Assembly (NCBI GenBank): GCA_015234045.1
Contig: JADFWU010000006.1
Coordinates: 25,192 to 89,191 of the forward strand
Reading direction: 5' to 3'
Source: Magnetococcales bacterium
Lineage (GTDB): Bacteria; Pseudomonadota; Magnetococcia; Magnetococcales; JADFWU01
DNA: 64,000 nucleotides
Part shown: piece by piece, positions 9,013 through 17,287 of the stretch
Layout: every line of letters begins with the position of its first letter
How positions within the stretch are numbered: the stretch's first letter is position 1
Position numbers and translations under genes: made by a program
Notes under the pieces: model-generated
Databases searched by the model: none
What the model was told of the DNA's origin: nothing
Seen by the model: the letters and a program-made list of their open reading frames with translations, nothing else

Positions 9013-9279
9013 ATGAACATCAGCCTTTCTTCAACACTTGAAGACTACGTTAACAAACGATTACATGAAGGCCATTATGCCTCTGCAAGTGAAATAGTCA
9101 GTGAGGGATTGCAGCTTCTGATTGAGAAAGACCAAGAGAGAGCAGAAGAATTTCTTGCGTTGAAAAAAGAGATTCAGATTGGCCTCGATCAAATAGACCA
9201 AGGAAAAACGGTCCCAATGGAGGACGTGTTTTCCAAAGCCAATGCAATTATTGCAAAAGCAAAAAATGAGCAAGTTTGA
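9013..9279 (+). CDS. parD: ParD-type (RHH) antitoxin
   Basis: MNISLSSTLEDYV..GHYASASEIVSEGLQLL. Confidence 0.8.
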   Translation: MNISLSSTLEDYVNKRLHEGHYASASEIVSEGLQLLIEKDQERAEEFLALKKEIQIGLDQIDQGKTVPMEDVFSKANAIIAKAKNEQV

Positions 9280-9559
9280 GTTTTCAGAGCAAGCAGAAAT
9301 TGATCTATTGGAAACAGTCACCTATATTTCACAGCATAATGCTTTAGCTGCTGAAACATGGCTCAATAAAATAATATCAACATGTTATAATATTTCTCAG
9401 TCCCCACTAATGGGACGAGAAAGACCAGAACTTGGTAGGGACATCCGCTCCTTTCCTATTGGTCGGTTCATTATTTTTTACCGTCCTATTGAAACAGGAA
9501 TGTATGTTGTACGTGTCTTGCGTGGATCAATGAACTTAGACCAAATTTTTGAAAAGTAA
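9266..9559 (+). CDS. parE: ParE/RelE-family toxin
   Basis: Overlaps the parD stop. FSEQAEIDL..I..YI, FIIFYRP..VVRVLRG. Confidence 0.8.
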   Translation: MSKFEFSEQAEIDLLETVTYISQHNALAAETWLNKIISTCYNISQSPLMGRERPELGRDIRSFPIGRFIIFYRPIETGMYVVRVLRGSMNLDQIFEK

Positions 9560-9636
9560 GCTGTAAACCTCCCGTGATTAGGAGACGCTGGTAGAAAGTC
9601 ATTGAGCTATAAATAATATTACAGCTAACCAAAGGT

Positions 9637-9660
9637 AATCGGTAAGATGTCCCCTCATTT
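9637..9660 (+). repeat. REP unit (family aatcggtaagatgtcccctgattt)
   Basis: aatcggtaagatgtcccctcattt, one mismatch to the copies near 20 kb. Confidence 0.6.
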
Positions 9661-9683
9661 TCCCTTTACGGCCATAAACTGAA

Positions 9684-10274
9684 ATGACTAGACTTTCCAA
9701 AATAGAGATACAAAAACTTGAGTCGAAACTATCCACTTGGTTTCAACCTAAAGATATGTTGACATGTTTTCGTCAAATATCTAATGATATTGGGTCAGAG
9801 GTTTTCTTTAATCAGGCTGGGCTAGCCTTCTTGAGGGATGCATATATCGGAGCTAAATTTGGAAAAATCCGGAATGCTAACAAAGTTAGATTAATTACAG
9901 AAAATCAACCTGATTTTGAAATCATTATTAATAAAACTACAATGAAATTTGAAGCAACTGAAGTATTAAGAAAGGGCCGGAGACGAGGTTCAGAGTATCA
10001 ACCTAAATGCACTGGCGAAGTAGTTTTCTGCTCTCCTGATGAACTGGAAGTAGATGAAGAACAAATTCTTCAATCTATTAAAGATGCGATAAACAATAAA
10101 AATAAAAGATATTATCCTCCAGATACTCATTTAATCGCATATGTAAACATCCCGTTTATAATGTGGTATGACAGAGACTCCATACTCACGCGGCTTAAGA
10201 AATACACGCAGAGTCAATGCATTCAATTTCAATCTGTTTGGATTCTTTGGAATGATCGAGTTGATAAATTATGA
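9684..10274 (+). CDS. hypothetical protein (196 aa), AT-rich gene
   Basis: Long ORF in visibly AT-rich DNA. Only a weak PD..E..K-like pattern (PDFEI..FEATEVLRK). Confidence 0.55.
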   Translation: MTRLSKIEIQKLESKLSTWFQPKDMLTCFRQISNDIGSEVFFNQAGLAFLRDAYIGAKFGKIRNANKVRLITENQPDFEIIINKTTMKFEATEVLRKGRRRGSEYQPKCTGEVVFCSPDELEVDEEQILQSIKDAINNKNKRYYPPDTHLIAYVNIPFIMWYDRDSILTRLKKYTQSQCIQFQSVWILWNDRVDKL

Positions 10275-10472
10275 ACAACCTAACGACCTCTTTACGGGGC
10301 TGCCACCTAGCAGACTCCTTGCATTAATTAGGGGAACACCTTAATAATTTAATTTTTTATATGTAAGACAATTCATTCATCTAGTAATAAGAACACTACT
10401 CCAAAGGATAATTGTAAACTATTGGATCAGCACTTACGTATTATAGAGTTTCCCACATAGTACCTATTCAGG

Positions 10473-10745
10473 TCATGTCAAAATCTTCACAGCAGCTATC
10501 AGTAATGCAGTTTGCCCCATCAATAAGCCAATCATCCATTTGATTATTTCCACTTTTAAAGTGGTCATTTCATGGCGCAATTCAAGTTTGACACCTTCCA
10601 CATCAGCCTTGGTAGCCAGTTCCTGAAGCTGGCTGGCTTGAACCTCTTTTAGCGCTTCCGCTTGGGCTTTAGCTTGTTCCTCAGTGATTCCGGCAGCCTT
10701 CAGCGCTTCAACATATTTAAGCGTATCAAAAGTAATTGCTGTCAT
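10473..10745 (-). CDS. DUF1640 coiled-coil protein with C-terminal TM
   Basis: FDTLKYVEALKAAGITEEQAKAQAEAL... Confidence 0.75.
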   Translation of the reverse strand: MTAITFDTLKYVEALKAAGITEEQAKAQAEALKEVQASQLQELATKADVEGVKLELRHEMTTLKVEIIKWMIGLLMGQTALLIAAVKILT

Positions 10746-10796
10746 TTCTTCATCTCCTTGGTTTCCAATATACCATCTTTCAGGATTAATTGTGAA

Positions 10797-11261
10797 TCAA
10801 AACCGTTCGAGTGGTTGTAAATTTCCATGGTCCTTGATAGACCGATTTTTATAGGTAATTGCCAACCCTTTATCCAATAATAGCTTGCCTACATCGACAC
10901 CATCTGCCAATACCCGCGCAATAATTCTAAAGTATTTGCCGGGAGACACTTCTGTGAGGTGGATTGTTTGGGCGTTTTGGAGGATTTTTGTTACGGTGTC
11001 GCGGGCTTTGATGGCTTTTTCTCGGCCTTGTGGGGTGTTGCCTCGGAGTTCTGGGGTGTCGATGCCGCGTAGGCGGATTGAGATGCTTTGGCCGAATACC
11101 GGGTGTTGGTTGGGGATGTTGAAGCGGATTGTGTCGCCGTCGTAGTTGCTGAGATAGGTTACGTTGGAAATGTCTGGGTATACCTTTTGTGCTGATTCTG
11201 ATTGTTGGGCGTGGGATAGCGTGGCTATCAAAAGAATGCATAGCAAGACGAGCCTGTTCAT
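10797..11261 (-). CDS. secreted thermonuclease (staphylococcal nuclease fold)
   Basis: Signal peptide. YDGDTIRF and IRLRGIDTPE motifs. Confidence 0.85.
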   Translation of the reverse strand: MNRLVLLCILLIATLSHAQQSESAQKVYPDISNVTYLSNYDGDTIRFNIPNQHPVFGQSISIRLRGIDTPELRGNTPQGREKAIKARDTVTKILQNAQTIHLTEVSPGKYFRIIARVLADGVDVGKLLLDKGLAITYKNRSIKDHGNLQPLERF

Positions 11262-11264
11262 GTT

Positions 11265-11450
11265 TCACCAGGATAGGATAGCGTTTTTGAGGCCTGTTTT
11301 TCGGTGATTTTCTACCGATTTGCTATGCATATGGTGTTTCATAAACCCTGTCTTTCGGTCTCCAGCTTTTTGTACTAAATCGCCGGGAACCGAAATCCAG
11401 GGTCCATAAACAAACTCATCTGCATACCGGGCAAAACAAACCCCTTTCAT
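11265..11450 (-). CDS. hypothetical small ORF upstream of the nuclease
   Basis: ORF only. 3-nt gap to the nuclease start. Confidence 0.25.
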   Translation of the reverse strand: MKGVCFARYADEFVYGPWISVPGDLVQKAGDRKTGFMKHHMHSKSVENHRKTGLKNAILSW

Positions 11451-11931
11451 AGGGCATGTCGGACCAGTATGACGCAGTGGATCATTGGTTTATTGCTTTG
11501 GAATCAACAACACAAAGCGTGTAATTTTCCTCAAATCAGCTCAAAATTTGAAGGAGATCCAAGTATGCTGCCCACAGTCGCGTACAGAACACAGCCGTGA
11601 CACAGCCTTGGCACCATGTGCCGGTATTCCGTAGACAATCAAACCAATGATCGCCACATCCAGTATTAGCTTACCGGACGTTTGCGCCACCTTGGTCTGT
11701 GCGACAATCGCTTGTGATGGGGGGAGTGATTTTGTACAGTATAGCGCAGCATCAGCATGGCTTACCTCCTTGCTGGTGTTAGGCTCTCGGTGGTGGTGTA
11801 AACACTGCCGAGGGCTGTTAATGAGTTTTGCTGGCCTGGGAAGACTCAGCGTTATTAGATTAACCATCACCCTAGTGTTTGGTCAATAGGAAAATTTTCA
11901 GTCAGATCGTTGGGAAATATACCCTATCTAA

Positions 11932-11957
11932 GAGCCACGGAAAAAACTAATCATTCC
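11932..11957. mobile_element. solo MITE terminus
   Basis: gagccacggaaaaaactaatcattcc, 23/26 to the TIR at 7539. Confidence 0.6.
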
Positions 11958-11958
11958 T

Positions 11959-12123
11959 TCATTGGGATCTGGGCATATAAATATCCCCAGATTTGAGATA
12001 AATCATCTCCTTGATCGCTACCCAATCATCGGCGCTCAACACCACAAAGTCAGACCCATTAGGACGTGTGACTTTCAACGGTGTATGGTTCTCCGCCACA
12101 TCATCCACCATGGATTGCAGATT
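11959..12123 (-). pseudogene. Phd/YefM antitoxin remnant lacking its N-terminus
   Basis: LQSMVDDVAENHTPLKVTRPNGSDFVVLSADDWVAIKEMIYL aligns with E. coli YefM residues ~13-55 (from memory). An upstream in-frame stop lies where repeat B2 begins. Confidence 0.6.
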
Positions 12124-12125
12124 CT

Positions 12126-12281
12126 ATAGTGATCTCGATCCGAAATTAGACGATGAATCACAACCTGAGTGGAAGCCCTGGTAATGTTTTTGCGCCGCTT
12201 TTGATATGCGAGGCAGATCATCAGAGCAAAAATATCACCAGGACTGGAACGGCTGACTGTTCAAATTTAAAACGAAATCAC
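12126..12281 (+). repeat. structured intergenic repeat family B, copy 2
   Basis: Shares its 5' module with 5521-5705 (rc) and its 3' 117 bp with 48325-48441. 17-bp stem 12176-12193 / 12226-12242. Confidence 0.75.
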
Positions 12282-13633
12282 TGTACAAAGTATTTATCAA
12301 TCAACGCCTGCTTCATCAACAACTCACCGGCATCAAAACATTCAGCCAGCGTTTGCCAGCCCAGATCCAAGGCATTTTCCAAGGGCATGGAGACATTGAT
12401 ATCCATGAAACGTTCTCGGAACAGTCCGCCAAACTTCAACAATTTATGATCGAAATTGGAAAGCTCAAAGGCCATTGCTTGTTTTTGCTCTGCCTCTTTG
12501 GCACCGGAGTAAAAGCGAATCAAGGTGTTCATGAGCTGTCCGTGGTCTTCACGGGTGACTTTGCCGATGACCAACTGTTTCAGGCGCGACAAAGAACCAA
12601 AGGGATCAATCACGCCATTATGTAGATAAAACTGACCTTCGGTTATATATCCGGTATTGTCCGGCACCGGATGGGTGACATCATTTCCGGGCATGGTGGT
12701 AACACCAAGAATGGTGACTGATCCGCCTTGGGCGAAGTTACAGGCTTTTTCATAATGGGTTGCCAATTGGGTGTAGAGATCGCCCATATAGCCACGATTT
12801 GAGGGCACTTGATCCATTGATACACCCACTTCTTTCAAGCCATCGGCAAAGGCGGTCATATCGGTGAGAAGGACTAACACCCGCTTACCTTCATTGACGG
12901 CAAAATGTTCTGCCACGGTCAACGCCATATCCGGCACCAATAGCCGCTCAACTACGGGATCTGATGCTTGATTGATGAACATCACTGTTCGGGAAAAAAC
13001 GCCTGCCTCTTCGAGTGACGTACGGAAAAAGTGATAATCATCAAAGATCAACCCAAGCCCACCGAAAACAACGATATCTGAATCCGCCTGAATACCGATC
13101 CGTGAGATAAACGCATTATACGGCTCGCCTGCTACCGAGAAAATCGGGATTTTCTGACTCTCGACCAGACAGTTGAACAGATCAATCATCGGCACATCGG
13201 TGCGAATCATATTGGAAGGCAATTTTCGACGCATGGGATTGGCACTAGGACCGCCCAGAGGAACACGCGGTTCCTGTGACAGATCCGGGCCACCATCAAT
13301 AGGACTGCCATTGCCACGAAACACACGGCCTAGAATATTTTCAGAATAAGTAACGCCCATGGGATGGCCAAGAAACCGCACAGAGGCATCGGTTGAAAGC
13401 CCCTTGGTTCCCTGGAACAACTGCAAGGTCACACTCTCCATACGCAGATCAATCACCTGAGCCAATGACAAAAAGCTCGGCTGATCCTCCACCACAGCCA
13501 ACTCGCCAAAACGCGGACCATTGCCCTGTTCTACCAGTCGTTTTGGCACCTGGATTCGGATGATATCACCACGAATTTCCAATACTTTGGAGTAGCGAAT
13601 CAGTGCATTGACCATGACCGTGTACTCCTTCAT
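12278..13633 (-). CDS. atpB: V-type ATP synthase subunit B
   Basis: 451 aa, typical V/A-type B sequence throughout. Confidence 0.95.
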   Translation of the reverse strand: MKEYTVMVNALIRYSKVLEIRGDIIRIQVPKRLVEQGNGPRFGELAVVEDQPSFLSLAQVIDLRMESVTLQLFQGTKGLSTDASVRFLGHPMGVTYSENILGRVFRGNGSPIDGGPDLSQEPRVPLGGPSANPMRRKLPSNMIRTDVPMIDLFNCLVESQKIPIFSVAGEPYNAFISRIGIQADSDIVVFGGLGLIFDDYHFFRTSLEEAGVFSRTVMFINQASDPVVERLLVPDMALTVAEHFAVNEGKRVLVLLTDMTAFADGLKEVGVSMDQVPSNRGYMGDLYTQLATHYEKACNFAQGGSVTILGVTTMPGNDVTHPVPDNTGYITEGQFYLHNGVIDPFGSLSRLKQLVIGKVTREDHGQLMNTLIRFYSGAKEAEQKQAMAFELSNFDHKLLKFGGLFRERFMDINVSMPLENALDLGWQTLAECFDAGELLMKQALIDKYFVQ

Positions 13634-13639
13634 CCACGT

Positions 13640-15445
13640 TTAACTATCCGCTGCAATCTGTTCCAACTGACTCAACAGACTATCATAGTCCGGTGATTTT
13701 TCTCCGGCGTAGTTCAGATTCTTAAACAGGCCGGTTACCGTGATAAAATGGTGCCGTGCTGCATCTTTATCTGCGAAGGTATACGTCCGATTGACCAATT
13801 TATAGATCAGATTAAAAACCACCTCCTGCCGCGCCAAAGAACAGCTGGCATCCACAGGATCAAACGCATCCTGTTGCAGATAGGCATCATCCAACAACCG
13901 GGCTTTCAAGAAGGTGACAAAATCATCCAGATTAATACCCTCTTCACCGGTCACCTGCATCATCTGGTTAACACGGTCACCCTCTTGGAGCAGTGCCAAC
14001 AGCGCACCCACCTGTTTATCCCAATTACCAGAGAACTTTTTAGTAAACCAAGGTGCCAACTGCTCCAGATAGCGCGACCAGGAGAGCAATGGATCAATGG
14101 CCGGATAAAACCGTTTATAGGCACGGTCGGCACTGAGTCCCAGGAACGATTTTACCGTACCCAGAGTGGACTGCGTCACCGGTTCATCAAAGTTGCCGCC
14201 TGCTGGAGAGACCGTACCCACCAATGTCAGCGCACCTATATCACCATCCCGACTTTGAATAATCCCAGCCCGTTCATAGACCGACTTGATAGAGGAGTCC
14301 AAATAGGCGGGGAACGCCTCTTCACCGGGAATCTCCTCCAAACGCCCTGACATCTCACGCATAGCCTGTGCCCAACGGGATGTAGAGTCGGCCAGAATCA
14401 ATACGTTAAAACCCATTTGCCGATAGTATTCACCCAGCGTGATACCGGTAAAAATTGATGCCTCACGAGCAGCCACCGGCATGGATGAGGTATTACAGAT
14501 AATGATGGTTCGATCCATCAATGAGCCACCGCCGCGCGGGTCGGTTAGTTTAGGAAATTCGGTGATGATCTCCACCACTTCCCCGGCCCGTTCACCACAG
14601 GCAATGACAATGACGATATCCGCTGTTGAATACTTGGCCATCAAGTGTTGCAGAACAGTTTTCCCAGCACCAAAGGGACCGGGAATACAGGCTGTACCAC
14701 CTTGAGCAATGGGAAAAAAGGTATCAATAATCCGTTGTGTGGTGATGAGCGGTTCACTGGGATAGAGCCGTTTGCACAGGTTTTTTTCCAACATATGGGT
14801 CGGTAATGGACGACGCACAGGCCATTTTTGGGACAGTGTCATGGTCTGTTCCCTGCCCTTTTCATCCTTGAGATGCGCCACTGCCATATCAATGGTAAAG
14901 GCACCCTGTTGAATCCAAGTTACCACCACTTCACCGGGTTGATCGAACGGCACCATGATTTTATGCGCTAAACGCCCTTCTTGAACCGTGCCGATCACAT
15001 CGCCTGCTTTTAATCGTGTACCCACCTGTACTATAGGAACAAAAGACCAGGAGCGCTTCCTATCCAAGGCGGACTCTTCGGCACCCCTTGGCAAGAATGT
15101 ACCGTACTGCACGGCTAACTCTTCCAGAGGATTTTGCAAACCATCATAGACCTGACCCAACAAACCCGGCCCTAATGAGACAGAAAGCATTTGACCGGTT
15201 TGAACTACCGGATCACCGATCCCAACACCTCGGGTATTTTCAAACACCTGAGCATGGGCTTCTTTTCCGTTTACCCGCATAATTTCCGCTTTCAAACGCA
15301 CCGGATATTCTGCACTGCCCTGTTGCGGACAGATTTCCACCATTTCATTTTTCATCAAAGGGCGGGCGTTGGAGTCAGCCATTCGGATCGTGACAAAACT
15401 CTCTTGGACAGCTATGATTCGGGCCGGATTATGCTGTGCGTTCAT
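13640..15445 (-). CDS. atpA: V-type ATP synthase catalytic subunit A
   Basis: Walker A GPFGAGKT. Start at MNAQ, 9 nt after GGGAGG. Confidence 0.95.
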   Translation of the reverse strand: MNAQHNPARIIAVQESFVTIRMADSNARPLMKNEMVEICPQQGSAEYPVRLKAEIMRVNGKEAHAQVFENTRGVGIGDPVVQTGQMLSVSLGPGLLGQVYDGLQNPLEELAVQYGTFLPRGAEESALDRKRSWSFVPIVQVGTRLKAGDVIGTVQEGRLAHKIMVPFDQPGEVVVTWIQQGAFTIDMAVAHLKDEKGREQTMTLSQKWPVRRPLPTHMLEKNLCKRLYPSEPLITTQRIIDTFFPIAQGGTACIPGPFGAGKTVLQHLMAKYSTADIVIVIACGERAGEVVEIITEFPKLTDPRGGGSLMDRTIIICNTSSMPVAAREASIFTGITLGEYYRQMGFNVLILADSTSRWAQAMREMSGRLEEIPGEEAFPAYLDSSIKSVYERAGIIQSRDGDIGALTLVGTVSPAGGNFDEPVTQSTLGTVKSFLGLSADRAYKRFYPAIDPLLSWSRYLEQLAPWFTKKFSGNWDKQVGALLALLQEGDRVNQMMQVTGEEGINLDDFVTFLKARLLDDAYLQQDAFDPVDASCSLARQEVVFNLIYKLVNRTYTFADKDAARHHFITVTGLFKNLNYAGEKSPDYDSLLSQLEQIAADS

Positions 15446-16142
15446 GAGAATCATCCTCCCGAAAGAGCCCACTGGATTGACCTAGCGCATGATCAACCAG
15501 CGCGTTGAATTTCTCTCCAGCTTGTTTTTTTTCGTAGTGACTCCACCAGCGCACCAACTTCCAGCGCTGCACATAGATCACCACCGCTTCAAAATCAAAT
15601 TGATGCCATTCGGCATACTGTCCCAACTGCGTCCAAACCAGAGAGAGCACTAATCGCTCCATCTCCAATGTTTGTTTATTTTCCAATAGTTTTCTGGCTT
15701 TAGGTATCCAGGTAAACACCCGATCCACACCCAGTCCAGGCGCATTCCAGTTGCGTTGGATCTCACCCACCCAGCGACCGAAACCCCATGATGGATCGGT
15801 TGGTGGTAGACGTTCACCACGCATCTGACGGCGGAGCGCAACCAGTACTGTTCGCATCTCCAATCGTTGGTGAACCATTTTGCGTAACGTCTCGGTTGTC
15901 AGAGCCGGTTCGACCTTTTTATAGCGGTGTTGCACATCGAGATCGGTCTGTTTTTCCGGTTCGTTGGCCCATTCAAACAGAGATTCAATCCGGTGTAGCC
16001 GTTTGGCATCTTCGGCTTCTAAAATGGTGAGCCGCTTGTTGAGGCTGGTCCAGGAGAGCGGAAGCTCTCGGGTATCAAACAGCCTACCCAAATAGGGCAT
16101 GCTGGAAATCAACATCACATAGCGGTCAGGATTGGACATCAT
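15429..16142 (-). CDS. DUF2764 protein (subunit C-like component of bacterial V-ATPase operons)
   Basis: Position between E and A. ..LISSMPYL.. N-terminus. Confidence 0.7.
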   Translation of the reverse strand: MMSNPDRYVMLISSMPYLGRLFDTRELPLSWTSLNKRLTILEAEDAKRLHRIESLFEWANEPEKQTDLDVQHRYKKVEPALTTETLRKMVHQRLEMRTVLVALRRQMRGERLPPTDPSWGFGRWVGEIQRNWNAPGLGVDRVFTWIPKARKLLENKQTLEMERLVLSLVWTQLGQYAEWHQFDFEAVVIYVQRWKLVRWWSHYEKKQAGEKFNALVDHALGQSSGLFREDDSHERTA

Positions 16143-16825
16143 TTCACCATCCCTTCCAACAGTGCCCTAAAGCGCGGCAACATATATTGAAGCAACTCTT
16201 GGGTCAGCGCCTTGTCACTCATATCAAGAACAACATTGTCCTCTTTGATACGAAAACGCAGACCGCCTTTATCATCATCCGCCACACCAAATGAAACCCC
16301 TTCACGCAGTATATCCCGATTGATTAAACGGATAAAATGGGTGAGCGGTCCCTTTTCCAGCTCCTCTTTTGAACCCGTAGAACTCTCTTGACTCAGTTTA
16401 TCCTGTGGTAGAAGCACTTCCAGTTTTTGGGCTTCCTCGGCATGTTCACGAAGCCGTCCGGCAATCACCAGAATGATTTGTTGTAACAGCTCTTCCCGTT
16501 GCAGCTCAGCGCCTACCAATCGACCCACCTCTCCAGTGAATCGGTTGACCAACTGCTCTTTGAGAGAGAGCACGGTATCCCGCGCGGCAATCTTCAACGC
16601 CTCACGTCCGGCTGAGGCCATTTGCCGGGCATCTCTCTTGGCACTTGTGCGAAGTTGATCGGCCTCTTCCTCGGCTTGTTTAAGAATCCAATCCGCGCGA
16701 GACTCCGCTTCAGCAACCAGTTTAGCCGCCTCTATACGCCCTTTTTCCACGCCTGCTTCACGCAACTTGGCAACGAGCGTATCAATACCGGAAGAGAGCA
16801 CTTTTTCATCTGCGTGAGTGTTCAT
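16139..16825 (-). CDS. atpE: V-type ATP synthase subunit E
   Basis: Long N-terminal coiled coil plus a globular C-domain. Operon position. Confidence 0.75.
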   Translation of the reverse strand: MNTHADEKVLSSGIDTLVAKLREAGVEKGRIEAAKLVAEAESRADWILKQAEEEADQLRTSAKRDARQMASAGREALKIAARDTVLSLKEQLVNRFTGEVGRLVGAELQREELLQQIILVIAGRLREHAEEAQKLEVLLPQDKLSQESSTGSKEELEKGPLTHFIRLINRDILREGVSFGVADDDKGGLRFRIKEDNVVLDMSDKALTQELLQYMLPRFRALLEGMVK

Positions 16826-16837
16826 GACGCGCCCCTC

Positions 16838-17287
16838 TTAGGTGTTGAGCAGTCCCGCCAACAGCACCAATGCAAAGATAAATGCAAACACCGCAAACCC
16901 TTCAACCATCGCTGCGGGTGCCAAAGATAAACCAAAAATCTCCGGCTTGGCTTTAGCCGCATTAATAGCCGATGCACAACAGCGCCCTTGATAGATGGCA
17001 CTAAATAACAACACCACACCCACCAAAAAACCAATAACCGCCATGCCCGGCGCTTGAGTGGCATTGAATACGCCGTTCAAAGTGAACATTACCACAATGC
17101 CGTATACCACCTGTGAAGATGGCATGGCAGAAATACCGATAAAGCGTCCATAACCGCCTTCAGTCTCCAACATGGCACCGATGGCCGCTTGTCCGGCAAT
17201 GGCACAACCGATGATGGAACCAATAGCACCTAACGCCATGGGCGCATAAATGCCTAACCAACCCGATCCAATCTCAAAGCCGTTCAT
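16838..17287 (-). CDS. atpK: V-type ATP synthase proteolipid subunit K (4 TM)
   Basis: 149 aa double hairpin. Essential Glu in AAMVEGFAVF. Confidence 0.9.
   Translation of the reverse strand: MNGFEIGSGWLGIYAPMALGAIGSIIGCAIAGQAAIGAMLETEGGYGRFIGISAMPSSQVVYGIVVMFTLNGVFNATQAPGMAVIGFLVGVVLLFSAIYQGRCCASAINAAKAKPEIFGLSLAPAAMVEGFAVFAFIFALVLLAGLLNT

Noticed and set aside
10927-11268. 113-aa Pro/Arg-rich ORF
   Set aside because: It is an alternative frame of the thermonuclease gene with a low-complexity translation.
11541-11889. Overlapping 109-aa (-) and 80-aa (+) ORFs
   Set aside because: They have no motifs and occupy mutually exclusive frames in a debris region. I could not decide whether either is real.
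13748-14350. 200-aa plus-strand ORF, and similar ORFs at 14439, 15088 and 15191
   Set aside because: They are antisense to V-ATPase subunit A.
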